Source: Nostoc sp. PCC 7120 = FACHB-418
GTDB taxonomy: Bacteria; Cyanobacteriota; Cyanobacteriia; Cyanobacteriales; Nostocaceae
Direction: 5' to 3'
Length of the DNA: 32,000 nt
NCBI RefSeq assembly: GCF_000009705.1
Contig: NC_003272.1
Span: 6,180,001-6,212,000 of the forward strand
Shown here: positions 1 to 9,394 of the stretch, in pieces
Layout of the letters: every line of letters begins with the position of its first letter
Position numbering within the stretch: position 1 is the first letter of the stretch
Translations under genes and position numbers: made by a program
The notes under the pieces: generated by a model
Seen by the model: the letters and a program-made list of their open reading frames with translations, nothing else
The model's database searches: none
Told to the model about the DNA's origin: nothing

Positions 1-101
1 ATTTATTCTGAATTTTCTTTGATGTCTGCCAACGGAGAGATGATTGCGTCCTCAGCAGTTGCTATATCTAGTAAGGAACATTTAAAGAAAAAAGATAGCT
101 T

Positions 102-359
102 ATGTCATCCCTAAAACCATTGCAAGGCACAGAATTAGTAGATTGTGCTAGAGCAAATGCCAAGCAGGGAATTGAAACTGCTGCTTACCAATGTGGCTAT
201 GGTGATGATTTGAATAGATTTGCAGGAGAACTGAGAAAAGCGTGTGAGGAAATGAATTTGCAAGTTAAAGAATTGAATGAATTGATTACCGACCAAGATA
301 TGATTCTTAACTTGGGAACTGGGGAAATTATTGCACCTGATACAGCGTCGGAATTGTAA
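102..359 (+). CDS. small hypothetical protein (85 aa)
   Basis: Complete ATG-to-stop ORF in an otherwise unoccupied interval, convergent with mgtE. No recognisable motif. Confidence 0.45.
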   Translation: MSSLKPLQGTELVDCARANAKQGIETAAYQCGYGDDLNRFAGELRKACEEMNLQVKELNELITDQDMILNLGTGEIIAPDTASEL

Positions 360-370
360 ATATCAATAAT

Positions 371-1771
371 TCACAATCTTAAAATTACTCTTGCCAAATT
401 GAAGTAAATTAGAACTCCAAGTACGTCAACGGCTGTAGTAATAAAAGGTGCTGACATTAAAGCTGGGTCTAAACGTAGGTAGCGAAACAAAAATGGCAGT
501 GCTGAACCAGATATAGAAGCCAGAACAGAGATAGCGATTAAACTAGCACCAACAGCGATCGCCACTTCTATCCTACCTTGGAGAAAGTAAGCCCATATAG
601 TGGCGATACTACCTAACATACCTCCTAACAATGCACCGGCGATCGCTTCTCGTCCAATTACCTGCAATGGGCCGAGTGAGCGAATTTCGTCTGTATTCAT
701 CCCGCGAATCACGACTGTGGAAGACTGAGCGCCTACGTTACCACCAGTACCAGTCAACAAGGGGATAAAAGCAGTAAGGGTGACTACTTTTGTCAAGATA
801 TCTTCTTGGGACTTAATAATTGTGCCGGTGACGGTATTGGTGATTAAGAGAACAAATAACCATAAAACCCGCTTGCGAGCTACTTCCCATAAATCCATTT
901 GAAAGTAATTGTCGCCACTGGACTGCACACCACCACCTAAAGCGTAGATATCTTTGGTGGTTTCCTCTTCCAGAATATCAATCACGTCATCAACAGTGAC
1001 AATCCCCACTAAAAGCTGTTGTCTATCTACCACCGGCACAGCCAGGAAATCATACCTTTGAATTAATCTGGCTACTTCTTCCTGGTGAGTATCTGTATTG
1101 ACAAAAATCACGTCACGGGTCATCACCTCACCAATCGTCTGTTCTGGCTGGGATGTCACCAACTCACGCAGTGAGACAATGCCGGTTAAGCGTCTGGCTT
1201 GATCTGTGACATAAAGATAGTAGATCATCTCACTAGCATTAGCGAGGCTGCGAATCCGTTCTAAAGCTTGCCCTATGGTCATATTTTCTTTCAGGGCAAT
1301 AAACTCTAGAGTCATGATGCGCCCGGCTGTATCAGCTTCATAACCCAACATTAGGGCTGTGGCTTGGCGTTCTGTCGGGCTGAGTTGTTCTAGCAGGTGA
1401 TTGACAACTTTGGCAGGCAATTCATCAAATAATCTAGCTCGGTCATCCGAAGACATTTGATCAACGATATCGCGGACTTCCTGGCTTTTCAGTTCTTCAA
1501 TTAATCTTTCTTGAACACTGTAATCAAGATATTCATAAACTTCAATGGCTTCATCTTTAGAAAGCAAGCGAAAAGCTAAAGCGTGCATTGTTTCGGGCAA
1601 ACCTTCAATCGCTTCGGCTATGTCCGCAGGCTGTACAGGTACAAGAATGGCTTTTGCTCCCTGTAAATCTCCTGCTTCCAATAGCATTCGCATCTGTGTC
1701 CGCACTAAGTCACGCAATTCCCTACGTGACACATCCTGAAGGGTAGAGTTTAAATTGTTCGTCTCTGTCAC
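371..1771 (-). CDS. mgtE: magnesium transporter MgtE
   Basis: 466 aa. Has an N-terminal MgtE_N-like acidic helical region, a tandem CBS pair (..VMTRDVIFV.., ..LAVPVVD..LLVGIVTVDDVIDIL) and a C-terminal 5-TM MgtE channel domain (..IPLLTGTGGNVGAQSS..APFITTAVDVLGVLIYF). Confidence 0.9.
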   Translation of the reverse strand: MTETNNLNSTLQDVSRRELRDLVRTQMRMLLEAGDLQGAKAILVPVQPADIAEAIEGLPETMHALAFRLLSKDEAIEVYEYLDYSVQERLIEELKSQEVRDIVDQMSSDDRARLFDELPAKVVNHLLEQLSPTERQATALMLGYEADTAGRIMTLEFIALKENMTIGQALERIRSLANASEMIYYLYVTDQARRLTGIVSLRELVTSQPEQTIGEVMTRDVIFVNTDTHQEEVARLIQRYDFLAVPVVDRQQLLVGIVTVDDVIDILEEETTKDIYALGGGVQSSGDNYFQMDLWEVARKRVLWLFVLLITNTVTGTIIKSQEDILTKVVTLTAFIPLLTGTGGNVGAQSSTVVIRGMNTDEIRSLGPLQVIGREAIAGALLGGMLGSIATIWAYFLQGRIEVAIAVGASLIAISVLASISGSALPFLFRYLRLDPALMSAPFITTAVDVLGVLIYFNLARVILRL

Positions 1772-1874
1772 TTTCCACTTTCCTCGACCAGTCTGAACAA
1801 GGTTGCTGCCCCTAGTCTAAGGGATAGCGGAAGGTGTAAGGTTAAACTTACCGTGATTTTTTCTGCTTTGATGT

Positions 1875-1902
1875 GTTGTCAGTTGTCAGTTGACAGTTGT
1901 CA
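1875..1902. repeat. tandem heptamer repeat GTTGTCA x4 (one GTTGACA variant), STRR-like
   Basis: Read directly: gttgtca gttgtca gttgaca gttgtca followed by a T6 run, in the spacer between the mgtE start and the oxidoreductase stop. Confidence 0.85.
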
Positions 1903-1910
1903 GTTTTTTC

Positions 1911-3440
1911 TTAAGAAAATTTGGTTAAAAATCCCAATAGTTTTTTTGTTCTTGGTGTGAGAAGGGTGCGGCGATAGGTATCTGCGGCTTTTTTGATGGC
2001 TTCGGCTTGGGTGGGGTAGGGATGAATCACGTTACTGAGTTTGTTTAAACCGATTTTATTGACTATCGCTGTTGTGACTTCCGAAATCATCTCGCCGGCG
2101 TGACTTGCCACAATGGTTGCACCGACAATTTCATCTGAGCCTTTTTTGTGGTGAATTTTCAGAAAACCATCTTCTTGTCCGTCGGCGATCGCTCGGTCTA
2201 CACTACTAAAAGGGATTTTAATTGTCTCTACGTCTTGACTTTCGTACAGTCCCACATGGGCAACTTCTGGGTCAGTATAAGTCACCCAAGGCATGACTAA
2301 GCTACTTAGTCTCGACCTGCCTAAACCAAAGGGAGAAAACAGGGTATTTTTAATCACAATGCGCGCGGCTGCATCGGCGGCGTGGGTAAATTTCCAGTCC
2401 ATGCAGATATCGCCAGCAGCATAAATCTTGGGGTTGGTGGTTTGTAGGTAATCATTCACTTCCACACCCCGACGCTTGTCGTATTTTACCCCGACAGCTT
2501 CTAAATTCAACCCTTCCACATTAGGCGATCGCCCTGCACCCACTAATATTTCATCTACCGTCACCGAATCACGATGACCGTTGGTAGAAAAATACAACCG
2601 TTTACCCTCGGTTACCGTCACTACTTCTTCTACCTTGGCATTTAAAACTAAGCGAATCCCTTCTTTAATTAAAGTCTGTTGGACAATTTGCGCCGCGTCG
2701 TTATCTTCTTTGTTGAGGACATGGGAACCGCTATGAATCAGCACCACCTCACTCCCCAAACGTCGGAAGGCTTGGGCTAATTCGCAACCAATGGGGCCAC
2801 CACCAATTACTGCTAACTTTTCCGGTCTTTGAATTAAGGAAAAAACCGTCTCATTGGTGAGATATCCAGCTTGTTCAATGCCGATAATTGCTGGTTTTGT
2901 AGCCCTAGCACCAGTAGCAATCACCGCTTTTTTAAATTTAAGGGTTTTACCAGCTACTTCTACGGTGTTGCTGCTAGCAAATCTACCACTACCTAAAAAT
3001 ACATCAACTCCCAGGGATGCAAAGCGTTCCGCCGAATCATTGTGGCTAATTCCTGCCCTCACTCGTCGCATTCGTGCCATAACTGCGGGAAAATCAATAT
3101 CAATCTGGCTGGGAATATTCACCCCCAAATTTTTCCCATTCCAGATTTCCCCCACCACCCGCGAAGACCGAATAATAGTTTTAGAAGGTACACAACCCAC
3201 ATTCAAGCAATCTCCACCCATGAGATGCTTTTCGATTAGCGCCACTTTTAAACCCAAACCCAGACCAGCCGCACCCGCCGCCACGACTAAGCCAGCAGTC
3301 CCCGCACCAATGACCACCAAGTCATAATTATCAGCCGGTTGGGGGTTCACCCAATCGGGCGGATGCACATAAGCCACCAATTTCTGATTATACTCATCCA
3401 CTGGGCGGACGATGACTCTATCTAATTCTGAATTGGACAT
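1911..3440 (-). CDS. class I pyridine nucleotide-disulfide oxidoreductase (MerA-like / dihydrolipoamide dehydrogenase family)
   Basis: 509 aa. Has the FAD GxGxxG motif (VVIGAGTAG), the redox-active disulfide motif GGDCLNVGCVPSK, a second NAD(P) Rossmann motif (AVIGGGPIGCE) and a C-terminal dimerisation domain with HPYPT. There is no NmerA domain and no C-terminal Cys-Cys pair. Confidence 0.85.
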   Translation of the reverse strand: MSNSELDRVIVRPVDEYNQKLVAYVHPPDWVNPQPADNYDLVVIGAGTAGLVVAAGAAGLGLGLKVALIEKHLMGGDCLNVGCVPSKTIIRSSRVVGEIWNGKNLGVNIPSQIDIDFPAVMARMRRVRAGISHNDSAERFASLGVDVFLGSGRFASSNTVEVAGKTLKFKKAVIATGARATKPAIIGIEQAGYLTNETVFSLIQRPEKLAVIGGGPIGCELAQAFRRLGSEVVLIHSGSHVLNKEDNDAAQIVQQTLIKEGIRLVLNAKVEEVVTVTEGKRLYFSTNGHRDSVTVDEILVGAGRSPNVEGLNLEAVGVKYDKRRGVEVNDYLQTTNPKIYAAGDICMDWKFTHAADAAARIVIKNTLFSPFGLGRSRLSSLVMPWVTYTDPEVAHVGLYESQDVETIKIPFSSVDRAIADGQEDGFLKIHHKKGSDEIVGATIVASHAGEMISEVTTAIVNKIGLNKLSNVIHPYPTQAEAIKKAADTYRRTLLTPRTKKLLGFLTKFS

Positions 3441-3623
3441 TGGGTGTAACCTCTCTCAGCAATGGGAATTATTCTATTGTAAGCAAGCTACAAAATTCGC
3501 AATTCAAAATCAGGTCTGATGAAAAGTGATGATAAAAGCAAGATCAGGAATCTTTTGCCTTTTGGCTGTTGTATGACATTATCCTTAACTACTTAAAGTA
3601 ACGCTGAAAACTGAGGTAATTTA

Positions 3624-4376
3624 ATGATTCCCAAAGAGCAGACTAGATTCAATAGGAAACATAGACTATTACTTATAGGTTTGACAATAGCCATTTTGAT
3701 AATTGTGGCACGACAATTTAATATTCAGGCACTTTTACAAACATTAATATTATGGGTGCAAAGCCTGGGATTTTTTGGGCCGATCGCCTACATGATTATT
3801 TACAATCTGGCGACATTATTATTTATTCCCGGCTCTATATTGACCTTAAAAAGTGGTTGTTTATTTGGTGTATTTTGGGGTTCAGTTTATGTACTAATAG
3901 CAGCAACTGTGGGCGCAATATTAGCTTTCTTTATCGGACGCTATCTGTCACGGGATTGGGTTGTGCGGCAGATAGATAAGTATCCAAAGTTTAAAATGAT
4001 TGATCAGTCTGTGGCAAAGGAAGGATGGAAAATCGTGCTTTTAACTCGACTTTCGCCGGTTTTTCCTTTTAATTTATTAAACTATGCTTTTGGTGTCACC
4101 TGTATATCTTTAAAAGACTATATATTAGGTTCTTTGGGCATTATCCCTGGGACTATAATGTATGTTTATATTGGTTCTTTAGCAGGGGATTTGGCTCTGG
4201 CGGGTACGAATCATCAACCAGTTACGCCGGAAACACAAATTTGGCAGTGGATAATGCAAGGATTGGGATTGATGGCAACTGTGGGTGTGACTGTATATAT
4301 CACTAAAATTGCTCAAAAAGCTTTATCTCAAAAGGTGGTAACAGAGGGAATTATCAAGAGTCAGGATGCGGAATGA
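3624..4376 (+). CDS. TVP38/TMEM64 (DedA/SNARE-associated) family membrane protein
   Basis: 250 aa multi-TM protein with the typical core ..FIPGSILTL..G.LFG...G......IGA.LAFFIGRYL.R.. and ..LTRLSPVFPFNLLNYAFGVT... Divergent from the oxidoreductase. Confidence 0.8.
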   Translation: MIPKEQTRFNRKHRLLLIGLTIAILIIVARQFNIQALLQTLILWVQSLGFFGPIAYMIIYNLATLLFIPGSILTLKSGCLFGVFWGSVYVLIAATVGAILAFFIGRYLSRDWVVRQIDKYPKFKMIDQSVAKEGWKIVLLTRLSPVFPFNLLNYAFGVTCISLKDYILGSLGIIPGTIMYVYIGSLAGDLALAGTNHQPVTPETQIWQWIMQGLGLMATVGVTVYITKIAQKALSQKVVTEGIIKSQDAE

Positions 4377-4538
4377 ATCAATTCAAAATTTAAAATACTC
4401 AATAGTGAATGTTAACGACCACTGACAAAATTAAGCATCCCTTTTTAGGTGTAAATCATGAAGAAAAGGTATTCTGGGAACAGACTCTACTTTTACAGTT
4501 GTCTCTATCCTTAGAAATACCGAAAGAGGTTGCATCGG

Positions 4539-5207
4539 ATGAATCGCATTCTCATAGCTGAAGATGAACCCCGCATAGCGGCTTTTATTGAGAAGGGACT
4601 GCGTTCTCAAGGTTTTACAACGGCTGTGGCTACTGATGCCTACTCGGCGACTAACATGGCATTAAGTAGCGGTTTTGATTTGATGATTTTGGATTTAGGG
4701 CTTCCTGGTAAAGATGGCTTGGATGTGTTAGAAGAATTACGGGGACAAGGGGAAAATATCCCAGTGATTATTTTGACTGCTCGTGATGACATTCAAGATA
4801 AGGTTGCAGGGTTTGAAGCAGGAGCAGATGACTATTTAACCAAGCCGTTCCGATTTGAAGAATTGTTAGTACGGGTAAAAGCTAGGCTGCGTCAGAGTGG
4901 TGGTAGCCAGGCAATGGAAGAGACGGTAATTAAGTCGGGAAATATAGTTTTAGATTTGCGATCGCGCAAGGTTAAAATCGGTCAAGACACGATAGAACTC
5001 CCAGCCAGGGAATTTACTCTCGCAGAAACTTTCTTTCGCCATCCTGGGCAAGTTTTGAGTCGTGAGCAATTATTAGATAGGGTATGGGGTTACGACTATG
5101 ACCCAGGCTCGAATATTGTTGATGTTTACGTTGGTTATTTACGCAAAAAATTAGGTAATGACTTAATTGAAACTGTCCGAGGCATGGGTTATCGTCTGCG
5201 AACATGA
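4539..5207 (+). CDS. OmpR/PhoB-family response regulator
   Basis: Receiver domain (MNRILIAEDEP.., phosphoacceptor context LMILDLGLPGKDG, ..LTKPF) plus a winged-helix trans_reg_C domain (..LTLAEFTF...VLSREQLLDRVWGYDYDPGSNIVDVYVGYLRKKL..IETVRGMGYRL). The ATG at 4539 lies about 10 nt after AAAGAGG. The track start at 4530 is a TTG directly abutting that SD and is less likely. Confidence 0.9.
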   Translation: MNRILIAEDEPRIAAFIEKGLRSQGFTTAVATDAYSATNMALSSGFDLMILDLGLPGKDGLDVLEELRGQGENIPVIILTARDDIQDKVAGFEAGADDYLTKPFRFEELLVRVKARLRQSGGSQAMEETVIKSGNIVLDLRSRKVKIGQDTIELPAREFTLAETFFRHPGQVLSREQLLDRVWGYDYDPGSNIVDVYVGYLRKKLGNDLIETVRGMGYRLRT

Positions 5208-5241
5208 GAATCTTCTCATCAAAACTTCATGATTCTTTCAT
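5204..5241 (+). promoter_or_regulatory. candidate response-regulator binding site: palindrome ATGAGAA-TC-TTCTCAT followed by TYTCAT direct repeats at 11-nt phase
   Basis: ATGAGAA (5204-5210) and TTCTCAT (5213-5219) are exact reverse complements. TCTCAT, CTTCAT and TTTCAT end at 5219, 5230 and 5241, giving an 11-nt period. The site overlaps the RR stop codon and lies upstream of the kinase gene. A near-identical copy is at 16841-16867. Confidence 0.35.
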
Positions 5242-5433
5242 CGGAGAGTTAGAAACTAATCAACATAGGTTTCGATTACAGCCTTTCTTCTTTACCGACA
5301 GAAGATAAATACTGTCGCAAGATGCTTGTGTTCCCTATGTGACCGGAATTTTGGATGCAGGGTTTTGGATTTTGGATGTTAGATCCAAAGTTCAAAACTT
5401 TAGCAGTTATCATACATAAAAATTTATAGTTAT

Positions 5434-7047
5434 ATGGGGCAACAAGCCAAGAAAGAGAAATCTCAAGTTATTCTATTTCATCCCGATACTCAGAAATCAG
5501 TGAAGAACCAGCAAAATACCATAGCTGGAACATTTCTCAAGCATCGTCGAGGCTTCTTTTGGTCTACGCGTACAAGGATTTTATCCTGGTATGGGATAAT
5601 TTTATTTTTTATTTTTCTGGTTTTTATTCCGACGATTCGTCAGGCTTTGTATGCACGAGTTAATCAACGTGTAAATGAGGAAGCAATAGAAAAGATAGAA
5701 ATATTTGAGCAACTACTTGGCACAAGTAACATTCCTAAGCATCAATTAGATGAAGAAAGTATTGAAGCTATTGATAAACTTAAACAAACTGATAACCGTC
5801 TACTAAAGCCACCAACTACGAAGCAACAGCTAAGAGAGTTTTTTGATGCTTTCTTAGGTAATCAACTGCCAGAAGATGATACTTTTTTGATTGCCCTGAT
5901 GGACGAAAAATTTTATAAATCAAGTCCCAGAGCTAGACCAAAAGAAATGGATAGAGATGCAAAACTTATTCGAGATTGGGCCAAATTAACACAACCAAAG
6001 CAAGAAGAAGTTGTAATACCTAATAGTCAGGTTGATAGCATCGTTTATCTAGCTCGACCTGTGGAAATTCAGGGCGAAATCATGGGAGTTATAGTCATTG
6101 CTCACACCACTGCTGGGGAACGTGGAGAAGTTTTGGAAACTTTAGCCGTGATTGTTCAGGTGAGTACATTTGTTTTAATATTTGCTTTAGTTTTGGCTTG
6201 GCTTGCTTCGGGAAAAATTTTGGCTCCTTTGCGCTTACTAACTCAAACGGCTCGTAAAATTAGTGAGACTGATTTAAATCAACGCATCACTATAGATGGT
6301 AATGGAGAACTAGCAGAATTAGGCACTACTTTTAATGACATGATGGATAGATTACAAAATGCGTTTATCAGTCAACGCAACTTTATTAATGATGCTGGAC
6401 ACGAACTGCGAACACCTATTACCATTATTCGTGGTCATTTAGAATTGATGGGTAATGACCCAAAAGAAATACAAGAAACTCTGACTATAGTGATAGATGA
6501 GTTAGAACGAATGAACCGTTTTGTCAATGATTTGATGTTACTAGCAAAGGCGGAGCGTCCAGATTTTCTGCTGCTAGAAACATTTGATGTTTGCACTTTC
6601 ACCGAGGAATTATTTGCTAAAGTCAAAGGTCTTGGCGATCGCGTCTGGCAACTAGAAGCGGTTGCTAGAGGTAAAATTGTTGGCGATCGTCAACGTCTAA
6701 CTCAGGCTGTGATGAATTTGGCTCAAAATGCCACTCAACATACAAACAACACCGATACAATTGCTCTGGGTTCAATGATTCACAGAGATAAAATCAGCTT
6801 TTGGGTACGTGACACAGGTACAGGTATTGCATCAGCTGACCAATACAGAATTTTCCAACGTTTTGCTCGTGCGACAAACAGTCGCCGTCTTTCTGAAGGT
6901 GCTGGACTAGGTTTATCTATTGTCCAAGCCATTGCAGAAGCCCACAAAGGACGAGTTACCTTACAAAGTGAACTAGGGGAAGGATCTGTATTCACGATTA
7001 TCCTACCTTTGGAACCACCCCAAGAAGCAACATTCATTCAAAACTAA
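5434..7047 (+). CDS. sensor histidine kinase (2 TM, extracytoplasmic loop, HAMP, HisKA, HATPase_c)
   Basis: 537 aa. Has TM1 (~aa 50-70), a ~170-aa loop and TM2 (..VSTFVLIFALVLAWLASG..). HAMP is followed by the H-box NDAGHELRTPITIIRGHLE, the N-box NLAQNATQHT, G1 VRDTGTGI and G2 GAGLGLSIV. Confidence 0.9.
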   Translation: MGQQAKKEKSQVILFHPDTQKSVKNQQNTIAGTFLKHRRGFFWSTRTRILSWYGIILFFIFLVFIPTIRQALYARVNQRVNEEAIEKIEIFEQLLGTSNIPKHQLDEESIEAIDKLKQTDNRLLKPPTTKQQLREFFDAFLGNQLPEDDTFLIALMDEKFYKSSPRARPKEMDRDAKLIRDWAKLTQPKQEEVVIPNSQVDSIVYLARPVEIQGEIMGVIVIAHTTAGERGEVLETLAVIVQVSTFVLIFALVLAWLASGKILAPLRLLTQTARKISETDLNQRITIDGNGELAELGTTFNDMMDRLQNAFISQRNFINDAGHELRTPITIIRGHLELMGNDPKEIQETLTIVIDELERMNRFVNDLMLLAKAERPDFLLLETFDVCTFTEELFAKVKGLGDRVWQLEAVARGKIVGDRQRLTQAVMNLAQNATQHTNNTDTIALGSMIHRDKISFWVRDTGTGIASADQYRIFQRFARATNSRRLSEGAGLGLSIVQAIAEAHKGRVTLQSELGEGSVFTIILPLEPPQEATFIQN

Positions 7048-7059
7048 TTATGTAAATAG

Positions 7060-7527
7060 GTGAAAAGTATACCAATTGCATCAATCTTGTTTGTGGTTAG
7101 TGGTGCATATCTAATAGCATTGTTATTGGCTTGTTATCATCCCCCCAATCAGAAACAAAGTGTCATAGTTCCCCCCTCCGTTAAAGCAGCTTTCCAAGCT
7201 AAATATCCTGATATTCCTCATACCTGGCAAAGACATGATTACGGTTATGAGGCAGTTTTTACTCAAAATAATATTCAATATGAGGCGGAATTTTCAGATA
7301 GCGGGGAATGGCTAGAGACTGAATACTATGTGACAGAAAAAGATTTCCCTCCTATTGTATTAAAACGTATCAATCAAGAACGTCCTGGATATATCATCAC
7401 AAAATATGAAATTGAAATTACGCCTAATGGTATGTTTTATGAGGTAGATATTACTGACGGAGAACTTGAGGAAGAATTATATCTTGATAGTCAGGGGAAC
7501 CTGCAAACTGATTTATATGAGGATTAA
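7060..7527 (+). CDS. PepSY-like (DUF2874-type) putative lipoprotein
   Basis: GTG start 13 nt after the kinase stop. The signal peptide ends in a lipobox-like LLAC. Two PepSY-like half-repeats are present (..VKAAFQAKYPD....YGYEAVF.....YEAEFSDSGEWLE.. and ..PPIVLKRINQERPGYIITKYEIEITPNGMFYEVDI..). Confidence 0.6.
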   Translation: MKSIPIASILFVVSGAYLIALLLACYHPPNQKQSVIVPPSVKAAFQAKYPDIPHTWQRHDYGYEAVFTQNNIQYEAEFSDSGEWLETEYYVTEKDFPPIVLKRINQERPGYIITKYEIEITPNGMFYEVDITDGELEEELYLDSQGNLQTDLYED

Positions 7528-7672
7528 TGGGAGTGATGAGTGATCTATCTCGACTCCCCGGACTTCTTCTACTTACCGATACTTATACCAAATTAATATG
7601 AAGCTGTATAGAATAGTTGAACGCAGATGCACGCAGCGAAAAGTTCTGTAGGAGGGTTTCCCTCCGTAGGAA

Positions 7673-7725
7673 CGCCACTTTGCACAACGGGGGGAACCCC
7701 CGCAAGCAAGTGGCTCAACTTTTCA
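7673..7725. terminator. GC-rich imperfect hairpin between convergent genes (possible bidirectional terminator, part of a dispersed repeat module)
   Basis: GCCACTT(T)GC..CGGGGGG-AA-CCCCCG..GCAAGTGGC forms a long imperfect stem at 7673-7715, followed by CTTTT. It sits between the PepSY gene (+) and the porin gene (-). Confidence 0.3.
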
Positions 7726-7789
7726 AGACAGATAAACGCGGATAAATCAACAGATTTTCTATTATGTGCAACCTCATATAAAATTGCTA

Positions 7790-9316
7790 TTAGAAGGTAA
7801 AAGTTGTTCGAACTGTGCCAATATAAATTTTGTCGTTATTATTATTATGCTCTGGGTTGGTGATCAGAAATAACCCCGGAGTTATCGCCAGATTATCTGT
7901 AATTTGCAGGTGATAAAAAGCTTCTAAATGTAAAGATGTATCCTGATCTTCAAAGGCATCACCAAAACTATTATGAGTTATTTTAGGCGGTTGACCTACC
8001 ACAAAGCCCGCAAAGCTATTTTCTTTACCAATATCGTTGAGAGTTAGTAGTAACGCCCATGTGGAAATAGTAGCATTTGGAGTTGCGGGTAAGTCTTCTG
8101 CTGTTGCATGAATTAAACCAACTCGTCCACCGAGAGTAATAGTTGGGTTAATTTGCCAAGAAGCTTCTGCACCAAAGGAATTAGCTGTAATTGCATCTGC
8201 TTGATTATTAAAGGGGTTGTTGGTTAATTCGCTGCCAGTGCCGGTATTTACATTATTGTAAGAGTGGATATAGGTGACGCTAAGTGCTGTATTTTTGGTG
8301 GGTTCAAGGGTGAATTGAGCGATCGCGCCATAGGGACTAGCAAAAATACCCTTCTCTGGATTAGCTGCATTGTTGGTGACGTATCCTAATGAAAAATTGA
8401 GAGAATCATTGAAATTATGAGAAATCCCGATACCTGCACCGCCACCTTGTCGGCGAATCGGATTTTCTCGCCCAAATGTGGAAATTGAACCGTCTCCACT
8501 ACCACTAAAAAGAGGATTGACACTAGGAACAAAATCCCCTAATCCTCCTCCCAAAGCGTACAAAGTGACGCGAGTTTGTTTACCCAGACGGAATCTATAA
8601 TCTAACTCATCTACTTCCACCTCATTGTCATCGTCACCATCAAAGCCCAAATTAGCCATTTTAGTGCCGGTAACATCTGCTAATTCTGGTGTGTTGCGTC
8701 CTTGTAGACGGATTTGTAATTTGTCCTCACCAGTAAAACTTGCTTCTAAGCTGAGACGGAGGCGATCGCTCAAAACAAAATTATCATTGATTGGCTTAGT
8801 TCTACTGTTGGCTTTTTTCCCGCCAGCAACTCCAGTTACAGCAAAGATAACTTCTCCCGCTAACTCAACTTGGGGCGAAAACTGTTGTGTTTCTAATGTA
8901 GCTACCTTTTGTTCTAATAAATCGACGCGGTTGTGAAAAGTTGCTAATTCCGCAGAAAATTCTGTTTGTAGTTTTTGGATTGTAGTTAATGTTTCTCGAT
9001 TAAAATTTTCAAAGTTACTATTATTTATCTTGAGAATACAAGCATTTAATTTAGTGGCAAATTCATATCTAGTCATGGTTTGATTGTCAGTAGTCTCCTG
9101 ACTAACACAATCATATTGCTCAGTTAATGCTTGTAGTGCCTGAAATGCCCAACTATCATGGGTAATATCCGCTAATTGAGAAACTGATATAATTTTATTT
9201 AATTTACTATTTTCTTCTACTGGAATATTTGTTGCACTAACTTTAGCTATGCTACTCAAAACAAATAAAATGATTAGACTAATCAGGCGTATTTCCTGAC
9301 CAAAAATTGAACCCAT
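7790..9316 (-). CDS. SLH-domain / OprB-family outer-membrane porin (cyanobacterial iron-uptake-porin type)
   Basis: 508 aa. Has a signal peptide, an N-terminal SLH-like segment (..DSWAFQALQAL...TRYEFATKLNA..), a coiled-coil linker (..QKLQTEFSAELATFHNRVDLLEQKVATLE..) and a Gly/Asn/Thr-rich beta-barrel region ending in the OMP signature ..RTTFTF. Confidence 0.85.
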   Translation of the reverse strand: MGSIFGQEIRLISLIILFVLSSIAKVSATNIPVEENSKLNKIISVSQLADITHDSWAFQALQALTEQYDCVSQETTDNQTMTRYEFATKLNACILKINNSNFENFNRETLTTIQKLQTEFSAELATFHNRVDLLEQKVATLETQQFSPQVELAGEVIFAVTGVAGGKKANSRTKPINDNFVLSDRLRLSLEASFTGEDKLQIRLQGRNTPELADVTGTKMANLGFDGDDDNEVEVDELDYRFRLGKQTRVTLYALGGGLGDFVPSVNPLFSGSGDGSISTFGRENPIRRQGGGAGIGISHNFNDSLNFSLGYVTNNAANPEKGIFASPYGAIAQFTLEPTKNTALSVTYIHSYNNVNTGTGSELTNNPFNNQADAITANSFGAEASWQINPTITLGGRVGLIHATAEDLPATPNATISTWALLLTLNDIGKENSFAGFVVGQPPKITHNSFGDAFEDQDTSLHLEAFYHLQITDNLAITPGLFLITNPEHNNNNDKIYIGTVRTTFTF

Positions 9317-9337
9317 TAATTATATCTCCTGAAAATT

Positions 9338-9380
9338 AAACGCAGAGGGGCGCAGAGGAAAACGCAGAGGGGCGCGGAGG
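9338..9380. repeat. tandem duplication of a ~22-nt GC-rich unit containing CGCAGAGG/CGCGGAGG octamers
   Basis: aaacgcagaggggcgcagagg a aaacgcagaggggcgcggagg read directly. The same octamer family recurs at 10546-10580 (reverse complement) and 21933-21980. Confidence 0.8.
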
Positions 9381-9394
9381 TTGCCCAATTTTAT

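Noticed and set aside
1-114. Frame +1 is open from the window edge to TAA at 112-114; possibly the 3' end of an upstream gene overlapping the ATG at 102
   Set aside because: Only 37 codons are visible with no recognisable motif, so a real gene end cannot be distinguished from a chance open frame.
5204-5219. Palindrome after the RR stop codon as a rho-independent terminator
   Set aside because: The stem is AT-rich, the loop would be only 2 nt, and no T-tract follows. The near-identical copy in a promoter region favours a protein-binding site.
9338-9380. Possible CRISPR-like or tandem array
   Set aside because: There are only two ~22-nt units with no spacers, and the same octamers are scattered singly elsewhere. 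It is a dispersed or tandem repeat, not a CRISPR.
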